NCBI RefSeq assembly: GCF_963921235.1
Contig: NC_086097.1
Span: 44,084,001-44,148,000 of the forward strand
Source of the DNA: Mobula hypostoma
Lineage: Eukaryota
Length of the DNA stretch: 64,000 nucleotides
Direction of reading: 5' to 3'
The translations under genes were made by a program, and so were the position numbers. This document shows positions 52,576 through 64,000 of the stretch, one piece after another; within the stretch, counting starts at the first letter, position 1, and every line of letters begins with the position of its first letter. The notes under the pieces were generated by a model. It made no database searches and was not told the origin of the DNA. It worked only from the letters and a program-made list of their open reading frames with translations.

Positions 52576-53049
52576 CCTGCTTCAATTTGCTTCAACTAGG
52601 TAATTTTTATATTTTGAGAAAGATAAAAATGGATTGAGGTTCACTTTGCTTAACACCTCTGGAAATTTTATCTTCATGTATACTTTAGTAATAAAGTTAA
52701 TTTGGCTCCAGTCTAACTTCAGTGAAGTCTGGTTTCTGAAGTAACACGGCTTGGAATTCGTATCACACAACTAACCAAAAATAGTACAGTAGAAAATCAT
52801 CTTAACTGAGATTAGCAGTTATTGGCAGTAACTGACATTACATCCATATTACTTCAAAATTACATCTATTCCTGGGCCTCTTTATGCTGTTATGAAGCCC
52901 TTTACTTTCAGAAGGTTGATTGTGTTACTTATGTCACTTTTGCACGAGTCTCATCCAAATTACGTCAACAGTAAATTCAAGCTTGAATTTAAGAGGTAAT
53001 TTTTAAATTAACTAGCACTCCCCCCCTAAAATGATCATTCTTATTTACT

Positions 53050-53673
53050 CAAACATGAGGAAATCGGCAGATGCTGGAAATTCAAGCAACATACACAGAA
53101 AATGCTGGTGAACGCAGCAGGCCAGGCAGCATCTCTAGGAAGAGGTACAGTCGACGTTTTGGGCCGAGACCCTTCGTCAGGACTAACTGAAGAAAGAGTC
53201 AGTAACAGATTTGAAAGTGGGAGGGGGAGGAGAGATCCAAAATGATAGGAGAAGACAGGAGGGGGAGGGATGGAGCCAAGAGCTGGAAAGGTGATTAGTA
53301 AAAGGGATACGAGTCTGGAGAAGGGAGAGGATCATGGGATGGGAGGCCTAGGGAGAAAGAAAGGAGGGGGAAACCCAGAGGATGGTCAAGGAGTTATAGT
53401 GAGAGGGATAGAGGGAGGAAAAAAAAGGGTACCCTTTCTTTCTCCTGTCCCATGATCCTCTCATGTCCCTTTTGCCAATTACCTGTCCAGCTCTTGGCTC
53501 CATCCCTCCCTCTCCTGTCTTCTCCTATCATTTCAGATCTCCCCCTCCCCCTCCCACTTTCAAATCTTTTACTATCTCTTCTTTCAGTTAGTCCCAAAAC
53601 ATCGACTGTACCTCTTCCTAGAAATGCTGCCTGGCCTGCTGCGTTCACCAGCACTTTTTGTGCATGTTGCTTG
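53050..53673. mobile_element. 624-bp fold-back insertion of PLE 3' region
   Basis: TSD attcttatttact (53037-53049, 53674-53686). The inverted arms meet at the palindrome aaagggtacccttt (~53424-53437). Confidence 0.9.
53148..53185 (-). ncRNA. Hammerhead motif copy (GAAA mutated to AAAA)
   Basis: Minus strand: tagtc CTGACGA a ggg-tctcgg-ccc AAAAC GTC gactg. Confidence 0.6.
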
Positions 53674-55504
53674 ATTCTTATTTACTAACAGAATAACAGA
53701 TTCTGCCAGTTTTGCCTTAAACTGGACTTTGAAAGGTTCAACACTCAAACTGCACTCTTTGTCCTCACTGTGACTTTGATTCCTTTCATGTATGCCTGGT
53801 CTGTTTTGCCTGTAGAAGTCATGGTCACTCTATGTTTCCTAGTCTCAGGGCCATTGATCTCTACTACATCAAATAGTTCGCTACTCACTGTTACATTAAC
53901 AAGGTCACCTAAACACCATCTGTTTTTCCTTCTATCCACAGAAGCAGAGAGCACCTGTACAGAGACTGACAGAATTGCAGTCTCCCCCACAACCCAGGCA
54001 TTCATATACAGCAGTCATAATAATAGTACCTATTAAGACTTCCCTGCCATCCTCCTACAAGTGGGACATTATTGTAGCTGTGGAGGGTCTCTACGGTTCC
54101 CTTGCACAAAAATATGCATCTTGTGGGCATTGTTCTCCATTAGCCTGTTCAAGAGCACATTGTTCTTCACTGGCCTGATCAAAACCTACAGGCCCCATCG
54201 ACCTCCCATCGTTACAACATCCAATCAATAAATAGCTTCATTCTAAATTAGCCGGTAAATGGCAATGAGAAAAAAGAAGGCTATGTAAATAAGGTTCTCT
54301 CTGTCAGTGCAGAGCTTTTATATCGCTCCACATTTTGAACCATGGAGTCTGAGACCCTTGTCACCACAGGCTAAAGCTTCCGAAAACCTTTTGCTCTTTG
54401 ACAAACACAAAGTAAATCCTGATGAGGTGTGCAAAGACAGAGTGATGCCTAACTGGGTCACCTTTTCCTCCATCCCTGTACCCAATTCAGTGCCAAATGC
54501 ATTCCTTGTACTCAACTAAGTTGATCAAATGTGCAACCTTGATGTTTGGACATAGCCTTTGCTTAGGCCTGATTCCAAGAGGAGACACTCTAAGATCACT
54601 CTGCTCTGTAAATATAATATGAAAGGTAGTGTGTTGCAATTCTCTGATCATGGGAAGGACTGGATCCTTCTGGTTAACTAGTGCCTAACTTAACTTGGGA
54701 AGCTTTTAACTAATAAATTGCTAACCTATCTTGCTCCTTTGGTTTTGGTAAGTACTTAGAGCTTGTAGTCTTCGCTTTGTGCGAACTAAATCCATTGCAC
54801 CAGACAAACGAGCAAAAAGAAAGAAGATACCAGCTTTCTGATAGGCTGATTGGAACTTCAAAGGCAGGTGCACTGAACTACGAACCACAGATGATCAACT
54901 ACACCCACCATTGAGCTAGAATGGACTTTGACCCTGGATGGTCATTGCACTGTTCCTACATAACGTAAGGCCATGATAATGAATCACTAAAGGAAAATTA
55001 TTTCCTATTCATCAAGCAGGACAAAGAGTTAGGAGGAAACAGATAGGCATCACTGTGATGAACTCACTGCTCTTGATGATAGGATCCTAAGTAGATCAGT
55101 TATTCTACCTGCCTCTTAACCAAGGTAGGGTCAATAAACATAAATATCTATGCTTCAGCACCATGCTGTACCATAGGGATCAAAGTTGGAATTTGTCATT
55201 GCCATCAGAACTATCCCTTAGACAGACTGGGGAATTAGCGGTACTGTATCATGAAATATGGCTACTATGCCCTTAAAATCATGAAATTGGAAATATGTAT
55301 AGAAATGGAGACAACTTGAGCTATTCTGCTACGCTCTTTTTCTGGACAAGCTATACAATAAGGCGGCTTAGAGATATCCAAGTTCAGAAAATTGGCACCA
55401 GTTGGTTCTGGTCGTTACTATATTTGACTATCCTAATGGGATCCTGAAGATGTACGATTATTGCCGTGCTGACGTGGCATAGATCACTCTCTGTTGTACA
55501 CAAA

Positions 55505-56238
55505 GTCAGGTGGCAATGAGGAGGCATACAGGAGTGAGACAGATTGACTGGTTGAGTTCCTCACAACAACAGCTCAGCGTTAGGAAGATCAAGGAATTGA
55601 TTGTGGATTTCAGGAAGGAGAAGTCAGGAGAACACACACCAGTCTTCATTAAGGGGTCAAGAGTGGAAAAGGTGAGCGGCTTTAAGTTTCCGGGTGTCAA
55701 AGTCACTAAGGAGACACCATTGGCCCAACACAATGATGCAATCACAATGAAGGCACTCCAGCAGCTCTACCTCATTCGGAGTTTGCTGACATTCGGTCTA
55801 TCATTAAAGGCTCTTGAAAATTTCTGTAGATGTACAGAGGAGAGCATTCTGACTGGTTACATCACAGCCGGGGTCACAGGAGGCTGCAGCGGGTTGTAAA
55901 CTTGGCCAGCTCCAACACAGGCTGAAGAAATCTTCAAGAGTCAGCGCCTCTCGAAGGCAGCATCCATCATTAAGGATCCTCTCATCCAGTACATGCCCTT
56001 TTTTTCGTTACTACCAAGAGGGAGGAGGCACAGGAGCCGAAAGAACCCACACTCAATGATTCAGTAACAGCTTCTTCCCTTCCATCATCAGATTCCTGAA
56101 CAGTTCATGAACACCAGCCAACTATTCTTTTTTTTTGCATTTGTTATTTATTTTGCAATTCATAGTAACTTTACATCTTTGTACAAAATAACAAATTTCA
56201 CATCATATAAAATGGTGATAATAAACCTGATTCTGAAT
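55505..56238 (+). mobile_element. Rex1/Babar LINE 3' part
   Basis: KIKELIVDFRK, VEKVSGFKFPGV, ESILTG and a cctgattctga tail. Confidence 0.85.
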
Positions 56239-56454
56239 GCTCCCCTTGAAGCCTTTCCATCTGAATCCAAAAGGCTATCCCTACGACCATATCAGCCAAA
56301 CAGCCCACAGGAAAATTAAACTTTAGTTCCTTGTTTCCATTGCATAGTCACCAGCATTCCTGTACAGAGGGCAGGAGCAATTTAAATGGAATCTGAGACA
56401 CTATTTACAACACAGCACTTTCACTATGATAAGCAATAAACCGTATGATTATTT

Positions 56455-57705
56455 TAATAAGCATATTAGTTTAGTGAGCCACGTCATAAAAATTCCACTT
56501 AGAATCATCACGCTCAGAATAAGAAATAAAATTAAACCAGAGATCAGTGAAGAACAGTGCGGCTTTGTCAAAGGCAAGGGAACATCAAACGCCACTTATA
56601 TTCTCAGGAATATTATAGAAAGGTCAATAGAAGTACAAGACCTATACTTCTGTTTCATTGACTACACAAAAGCCTTTGACACAGTGAAACACCAAGTCAT
56701 CATGAAAATGCTTAAATATATTAATATCAACGGAAAAGATCTAAGAATAATCAGGAATCTCTACTGGCAACAAAGTGCAGCCATACGGATAGACAACGAG
56801 ATTGGTGAATATCAGCCAATAAAGTGAGGAGTCAGACAGGTTTGTGTTCTATCACCAGACCTGTTCTCCCTGTACAGTGAAAACATCATGAGAACCATAC
56901 AAGACCTACCTGAAATAAGTATAGGAGGATAAAATATCAACAACCTCCGCTATGTGGATGATACAGTACTGATAGCAAACTGAAGTAAATTTACAGAAAC
57001 TGGTATCTACCATCAACACAGAGAGTGAAAGACTTGGCCTAACCTTAAACAAAAAGAAAATAGAAGTAATGGTAATATCAAAGAAACCTGATAGCCCAAA
57101 CTGTAGGATCGAATTGGGAAATGAAATCCTGAAACAAGTTCACAACTTCAAGTACCTTGGATCATGGGTAACATCTGATGGCAAATGCGAAACAGACATG
57201 AAAGCAAGAATAGCAATGGCAAGAACAGCATTTACAGAAATGAGAAACATTCTAACGAACAAGAAAATAGCAATTGACATCCGCCTTAGAACTCTCAGCT
57301 GCTACATTCTTCCTATATTGATGTATGGCTGCGAGTCATGGACCATCACAAATGCAGTGGAAAAAAAATCACTGCAGCAGAGATGTGGTTCCTCAGAAGA
57401 ATCCTATGCATATCGTATATGGACAGGATAATCAATGAAGAAGTTCTACAGAGAATGAAAACAAAACGTACATTACTTAAAAAAAATCAGAAAACAGCAA
57501 TCAAAATTCTTTGGACACATCATGCGAGGAGAGACATTGGAACATTTAGTTACAACTGGAAAGCTGGAAGGAAAATGAAGCAGGGACAGACAGAGAATGA
57601 AAATGATAGATGGAATAACATCATGGTTAGAAACAGAGGAGGCAACAACTACAATTCAGAGGGTCAGGGACCGTGATGGATGGAGAGACATGATCATCGA
57701 CACTG
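56455..57705 (+). mobile_element. RTE-clade LINE, RT through C-terminus, 5'-truncated
   Basis: ISLVSHV, EEQCGF..G, CFIDYTKAFD, GVRQVCVLSPDLF, NLRYVDD, FKYLGS, YGCESWT and AEMWFLRRIL. A few stops and frameshifts. Confidence 0.9.
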
Positions 57706-58429
57706 AATGGATGCAAAGCCAACATCACTTTTGTAGCTTTTGTCATAGAATTCAAATACGTTTATTAGCTGAAAGGGAGACCCAAACTCAGTGATTCTAA
57801 ATGCATTAAGAGGAGCTCAGACTGAATTCTAATAGACTGTTAGATGCTTGGCCACTGTTTACTGAGTACAGCATTGTGAGAGCATCCAATTTTCCTCTGA
57901 CACATCGGGGAGAAAGAGGTGGAAAACTGGCTGGAATTATTCTGTTGAAACCAATCAAGCATGGGAATCCTGCTTTCTATCAGAATCTGCTTCATCATTT
58001 CTGTTTCTACTGCATGGAGGGTTTGTGCTGCAGGATAGGCAGAAGGCAAAGATCATGATAACAACAGTGACCACTGCAGATGTAACAACTAGCAAGGCAG
58101 TCTCTGCTAAGAATCATTAGAAAAGCATGTGCCCATATCCGGGTGCTGGTCTTGGATGAACATATTGCCCAAATTCCAGAGCGGTATTAGAACCAGGAAA
58201 TCAATTATCACCAGGATTTTCAGCAATTGCATTGCGTTTACTGGTGTGAGTAGAGACATTTGGCCATCTGCTGGAGCTGTTCAACGTGATCCATTAATTC
58301 ATGACAACATGGGGGGGGGTGAAATTCTGGTTAAAAACTGTTGATGACTACAGAAATGAAAATTAAACATTTTGTCAATGAAGTAATTATGATAAAACTT
58401 GAACTATAATTATTATTAATAATAATTTT

Positions 58430-58570
58430 GAGTCATAGAGTTGTGTAGCGTGGGAATGCCTCCTTTGGTTCAGCATGTCCACGCTGACTTTTTTTCATTT
58501 ATGCTAATCCCATTTGCCTGCATTAGGACTGCACCCTTCTATGCCTTGCATATTTAAATGGCTGTCAAAA
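58430..58570 (-). mobile_element. CR1 LINE extreme 3' end
   Basis: agtcatagag...ctaatcccatttgcctgcatt, in inverted orientation. Confidence 0.5.
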
Positions 58571-58599
58571 CTGCTTGCTCTACTATGCCCCCGATGATA

Positions 58600-58745
58600 G
58601 ATCATTCCTTCAGTCCTGATGAAGTGTTTTGGCCCGAAACATCGACTGTTTACTCTTTTCTATAGATGCTGCCTGGCCTGCTGAGTTCCTCCAGCATTTT
58701 GCATGCATTACTTTGATTTCCAGCATCTGCAGATTTTCTCTTGAT
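58600..58745 (+). mobile_element. PLE 3' terminal fragment
   Basis: Hammerhead motif followed by gatgctgcctggcctgctg...ccagcatctgcagattttctc. Confidence 0.75.
58611..58648 (+). ncRNA. Hammerhead motif copy (core intact, stems II and III damaged)
   Basis: cagtc CTGATGA a gtg-ttttgg-ccc GAAAC ATC gactg, with a perfect 5-bp stem I. Confidence 0.6.
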
Positions 58746-59118
58746 TGTAAATCTATGCTCTCTTGTTTTTGGTACTATCACCATCGGAAAATGATTTTGA
58801 TCATCTACCCCATCTACACCTTTCATTATATACTTCTATCAGATCACCCAATGTTTCCTTTTGACCTTTCATCAGAATTAGTAATAGATACAAGAATTAA
58901 TACAATGAATTTTTGAACTAATGTAATAACTCTTTTGTCCAATTGAAAGGCCAGACAGGGTTTTGATTCAATAACTTCTGTAGAAGATGTCATGTCTGAC
59001 AGTAGAATGTCAGCCTTGCCTTTGTGTTTGTGTTTTTGAAGGGATTTGAATTTAAAAAATCAAATAGGGAATTCACAAAAACAAATTTTAATCTAGTCTT
59101 TGGTGATAGTGTGGAAGC

Positions 59119-59500
59119 ATCATCATCATGTGCTGTGTCATACTGATGTTGATGATCACGGTCCTAATCATGACCATTTTTGCTCTTGGCAAATTTTCCT
59201 ACAGAAGTGGTTTGCCATTGCCTCCTTCTGGACAGTCTTGTTACAAAATGGGTGACCCCAGCCATTAGCGATACTCTTCAGAGATTGTCTGCCTGATGTC
59301 AGTGGTCGCACAACCAGTACTTGGTGATACGCACCAGCTGCTCATATGACCATCCACCACCTTGTCCCATGGCTTCATGTAACCCTGATTGGGGGGCTAT
59401 GCAGATACTACACCTTGCTCAAGGATGGCCTGCAGGCTAGCAGAGGGAAGGAGCACCTTGCACCTTCTTTGGTAGAGATGCATCTCCAACCCGCCACCCA
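59119..59500 (-). mobile_element. RTE-associated SINE-like fragment
   Basis: A (cat)n tail at the left end and gtggtttgccattgcctccttc, which resembles the inverted central motif of BovB/Sauria-type elements. Confidence 0.45.
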
Positions 59501-59753
59501 TTGTGGAATATTTTATCAAATTGAACAGTTGGATTTGTCCTCATTAATTTATTTAAGGTGAATACAGGAGGGATTACAGAATACGTTGATAAGATGAGTA
59601 AAGTAGAATCACTCTTTTTATATGAACACTGTCTTAGACCTGGACTAAGAGGATAGCATTTGTGCTTAACTCTGTGTCAGGTGAACAGAGCATTAGGAAG
59701 TTCAGAGACCTCGCATGACACTAATCTGAAATAAACTGTTGGGCAGGAATTGT

Positions 59754-59785
59754 TCTGCCATCTAGTGTACAATGAAAAGATTGCA
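59754..59785 (-). promoter_or_regulatory. Candidate CTCF site with upstream motif
   Basis: Minus strand tgcaatctt-ttcat-tgtacactagatggcaga: a core-like cactagatggcag plus a TGCAA upstream motif at plausible spacing. This is a motif match only. Confidence 0.3.
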
Positions 59786-60797
59786 ATTATAACTCAATGC
59801 ATGTACAATGGTAATATAGATAAAATGATAATAAATTGCAAGTTTATATTGTTAACCAAGGGAAATCTTTAAGTTTATGGGGAACTTTTTATGATCTTAG
59901 GATATTATTTGCTATAAAGTGTTTTAAGAAGTATATTGTTATAAAGTGAGAGATGTGTCAGCAATGAAATTATGATCAGGTAACTATGAAGGATAATTTA
60001 AACCAGAGCTCCAGTAGAACTATCCCACCCTTTGCTTTTGAATTAATATAGTTTGTTTGCCCACTTGAAAGTCCAGAGGTTTTGATTCAATGACTCATTC
60101 AGAAGATGGCATGTCTGACAATAGAGAGTTTTTGAAGAGGTTAGAAAGTATCCAATTTTTCCATATTTTCCATCTGTCCTGATCTTTATTTATAAGGTCA
60201 GTGATCTGAAGGGTGATGAAAAGAACTGAAGCATTCCCACAATATTGATTTAATTTGCTACCACTTGCTAAGTTGCTAAAATTTACTATTTTTTGCATTA
60301 ACTATTTAGGAAAGAGAATTAGTCATTGTTAAAATAGGTAAGGCGAGTACAATCAAGGCAGTGGAATAATTATCACTGGTCTGAGACCCCCATCAAAGTT
60401 AGGCAACATTTCATTCCGCCTGCATGCTGTGTAATAGTTTGAAGCAGTAAATTCTGCTGATGAACTGTTTTGTTTCAACAGACACTTCCAATTGTTAGCC
60501 TTTATAGAAAGTCCACTTGATTTAGGATAATAAATAAAAAAACAGACCGGTTATGGTTTACAAGGAAATCATGGGTGATAATGAATAGGCATGTATGTGA
60601 AGTTCCTGAGATCAGGTCATCCAAAATATTATTGAATGCCAGAGAAGGCTTACAGGACCCAAGGTCTGCCCCTGCTTCAGTTCCGGTATTCTTGTTGGTT
60701 TAATTACAACCAACATTTTGAGAACTGATCAGTCATTTTCGGGTTTGTTTTTGTAAGATGGAAGTCACAAAAAAAAAAGTTACATTGCCTATGAATC

Positions 60798-61282
60798 TAT
60801 CAAAGCGCTGGAGCAGGGATCCAATCACAGACCCAGTACTGTGCACACGGTGATTTTAATTGAGTAACAAATCCTGAGGTGCAAACAAAGTCGTCGTCAA
60901 AGTTCAGGCTGAAATCAAAACACTCAGAGAAATCCAAAAACCAGAATTGGGAACAGGTAGAGTTGATATTCAGACAGACAGAGTACAGATACAAATGCTG
61001 GAAAGACTCAGGAAAATTCACTGGCACAATCTGGCAACAGACAGGTGAAAACACAGGACTGAAATACACTGAGCAATAAACAGAGAGGCAGATGATAGGT
61101 GGAGCACAATGAGACACAGGTGGGAGCAACACAGGTAATAATGAAACAGGTGAAAGACAGAGTACTCAGTAATACAGGGGCTGGAGTAGAGCAGGAGAGG
61201 GGACAGGAGCACGTGGCAATACACAGACTGACAGCTAGAGGGAAAAACACAAAAAGACAGAGCTCAACTGGAGGTACTGACA
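60798..61282 (-). repeat. 3' LTR of the chromovirus
   Basis: Begins tgtca after a G-rich PPT and ends tgata (probably a mutated tgaca). The partner LTR lies outside the window. Confidence 0.7.
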
Positions 61283-61369
61283 GTAACTCCCCCCCCACCA
61301 CAGATGTCTCCTGGCATCACAGCAGGTAGTGCTGGGTGCTGGCAATGAAAGTCCCTGATGAGAGAGGGG

Positions 61370-61485
61370 TCCAGGTGGGGACCCAGTACCTCTCCTCAGG
61401 ACCGTAACCCTCCCAGTCCACAAGGTACTGGAGGCCACAGCCCCGGTGACAAACATCCAGCAGTCGATGCACCATGAAGGCCTCT
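61370..61485 (-). pseudogene. Integrase C-terminal chromodomain
   Basis: Minus strand reads [32 protein letters not shown]. Confidence 0.85.
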
Positions 61486-64000
61486 GACCCATCGATGAAC
61501 CGTGGGGGGTGGGGGGGTTTGGGAAAAGGACACGGGGGTGGCTCATGAAAGGCTTGATGCAGGACACATGGAAGATGGGATGAATGTGGCAGAGAGTGGA
61601 GGGGAGCTTGAGACAGACGGCAGCAGGGCTGATGACTTTAGCATCAGCCCCTTTTCCATTGAAGTGAGGGGTGAGCTTGCGGAAATCCACCTTGAGAGGC
61701 AAGTCTCGGGTTGAAAGCCACACACGCTGTCCCTGGCGGTAACGCAGGGCCTTGGAGCAATGGCAGTCAGCTTGATGCTTGATCCTAGCAGGGGCACGAA
61801 GAAGGGCAGAGCGAGTGCACCTCCACATTCACTGACAATGGCGGATGAATGCCTCGGCAGATGGAATGCCAACCTCCTCCTCCTGGGCAGGAAACAGTGG
61901 AGGTTGGCAGCCAAGGCAGCACTCGAAGGGGGTTTAGGTAAAGGAATGAAGTGTACAGACTTGGAGAAATGACCAACTACTGTGAGAATGGTGGTGTTAC
62001 CATCTGATGGGGGAAGACTGGTGAGCAAGTCCAGGGCAATGTGGGACCAGGGTCTCTTGCGGATAGACAGGGGTTGTAACAGACCAGCGGATGATCGGTT
62101 AGAATTCTTGCCTTGAGCACGGACCGAGCAGGCTGAGACAAAGTTGCGGATGTCATCTCTCATGGAGAACCACCAGAACCGCCGACTGATGAAGGCCTGA
62201 GTACACTTGGTTCCAGGATGACAGGATAACCGGGAGGAATGATCCCACCGCAATACTTGTGAGTGGACAGAGCTGAGAACATAACCACGGTTAGTGGGGC
62301 ATTGACTAGGGGCTGCCTCGCTCTGTTGAGCAGCTTGCACAATGGATTCAATGTCCCATTGTGCTGCACCCACAAGCAGGGAGGATGACATTGGGTACCT
62401 CAGGGGTCTCAGAGGAGGGAAATCTTCGGGAGAGGGCATTAGGTTTTCCATTCTTGGAACCGTGGCCAAAGGACAGAGTAAAATTGAATCTTGAGAAAAA
62501 CAGGGACTACAAGCTTGATGGGAGTTGAGATGCTTGGCAGGACGGATATATTTTGGATTCTTGTGTTCAGTCCAGACCAAGATTGGCACCTTGGCTCCTC
62601 CAGCCAATGCCTCCAATCCTCCAGAGCTAGCTTCACAGCCAGCAGCTCCCAGTTTTTGACATCTTAATTCTGCTCTGTGGGAGTGAGGTGGAGAGAGAAG
62701 GCAGCACAGGGGTGTACCTTCTCATCCTTGGCCGAGTGCTGAGAGAGAACAGCTCCTACACCGATGTCAGATGCATCCACCTCCACAATGAACTGCCGGT
62801 TGGTGTCGGGTTGAATCAGGACAGGGGCAGAGGTGAAACGTTCCTTCAGGTCAGAGAATGCTTTTTTAGCAGCAGGGGATCAGGAGAATCTGACAGATCA
62901 GGTAAGAGCAGAGAGTGGTGCAGCCAGTGTACTGTAATCACTGAAGTAGCGACAGAAGTTATCGAAGCCCAAGAAACGTTGCAACTCCCGACGAGTCAAA
63001 GGTTGGGGCCATCCGACTATCGCCTTAACCTTCTATTGGTCCATGTGAATGGAACTGCCTGAAATTACATACCCCAGGAAGGAGACGGTATTGCAATGAA
63101 ACTCACATTTCTCAGCCTTCACAAAGAGCTGGTTCTCCAGAAGGCACTAGAGAACTCTGCAGACGTGCCCTGTGTGTTCAGCAAGGGACTTAGAAAAAAA
63201 ATCAAAATGTCGTCGAGTTACACAAAAACAAATTGGTTCAGCATGTCCCTGAGAATGTCATTTACCGGGGCTGGGAAGACGGCGGGTAGACCGAATGGCA
63301 AGATCAGATACTCACAATGGCCTGAAGTGGTGCTGAAGGCCATTTTCCACTCGTCCCCTTTGTAGATGCGGACAAGATGGTAGGAATTACGGAGATCAAG
63401 CTTGGTGGAAACTGAGGCTTCTTGCAGTAGTTCAAATGCTGAGGTCATGAGCAGAAGAGGGTAACGGTTCTCAACAGTGACTTCATTCAGTCCCTGGTAA
63501 TCAATGCATGGACGCAAGGAGCCATCCTTCTTTTCAACAAAGAAAAAAGACTAGCACCAGCAGGGGAAGAAAATGGCCGGATAATGCCTGCAGCCAGAGA
63601 CTCTTGAATATACTTTTTCATGGCTTCTGTTTCAGGTACAGACAGGGAGTACAGGCTGCCACTTGGGGGAGATATACCAGGCAAGAGGTCAATGGTACAA
63701 TCATATGGACGATGAGGCATCAGGGAAGCGGCCCAGGACTTGCTGAACACAGCCATGTATTCAGGAGGGATGGCACTAAGGTCTGGAAATTCCTCGGGAG
63801 GATCTGGGCTTGGAGACAAGGGGATCTGAGCATGGCGGAGGCAGTGAGAGTGACAGAATGGGCTCCAGCCTACAACCTTGTGACTGAGCCAGTCAATGTG
63901 GGGGTTGTATTTAGCTAACCAGGGATGGCCCAGGACAATGGGAGCTTGACTGTTAATGATGGTTGCCAGATAAACTGAGACTCATCGGGGCCATGACATG

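Larger units (their letters stand above)
60798..64000 (-). mobile_element. Chromovirus (Sushi-like Gypsy), 3' part, running off the window
   Basis: RT ([26 protein letters not shown]), RH (VDASD.GVGA, ALEDWRHWLE), INT (H...HPG, PWSHIALD) and a chromodomain. PPT at 61283-61300 and LTR at 60798-61282. Confidence 0.92.

Noticed and set aside
53745..54005. 86-aa minus-strand ORF as a host exon
   Set aside because: No recognisable domain or supporting gene structure. It is kept only as part of an unexplained region.
1..64000. Functional host protein-coding genes among the listed ORFs
   Set aside because: All long ORFs are retroelement fragments with stops or frameshifts. The short ones are antisense or low-complexity readings of repeats, or carry no recognisable domain.
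1..64000. CRISPR arrays, tRNA/rRNA genes, prokaryotic operons
   Set aside because: No regularly spaced repeat-spacer pattern, cloverleaf or rRNA motif was seen. The sequence is vertebrate-like repeat DNA.

Overview
This is eukaryotic DNA that is almost entirely non-coding and dense with transposons. I found no supportable host exon, rRNA, tRNA or CRISPR array. The repeat mix (CR1, Rex1/Babar, RTE, Penelope-like, V-SINE-like, Gypsy, Tigger, Tc1) points to a vertebrate, most likely a cartilaginous fish (inference). Main structures: (1) A structurally complete but disabled Gmr1-like Gypsy LTR retrotransposon (26509-32933) with the unusual PR-INT-RT-RH order, both LTRs, a tRNA-Pro-like PBS, a PPT and an ATTG target-site duplication (TSD). 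(2) Further decayed Gypsy elements, including a chromodomain-bearing chromovirus at the right edge, plus solo LTRs. (3) A Neptune-type Penelope-like element (PLE) family whose 3' region carries a minimal hammerhead ribozyme motif. It occurs three times as fold-back insertions (1.9 kb, 137 bp, 624 bp) with perfect 13-14 bp TSDs and the same asymmetry: one complete end and one end 32-41 nt shorter. (4) An 11.5 kb nest of insertions up to four layers deep inside one Rex1 LINE. Family names come from motif recognition by eye. Boundaries of decayed fragments are approximate.
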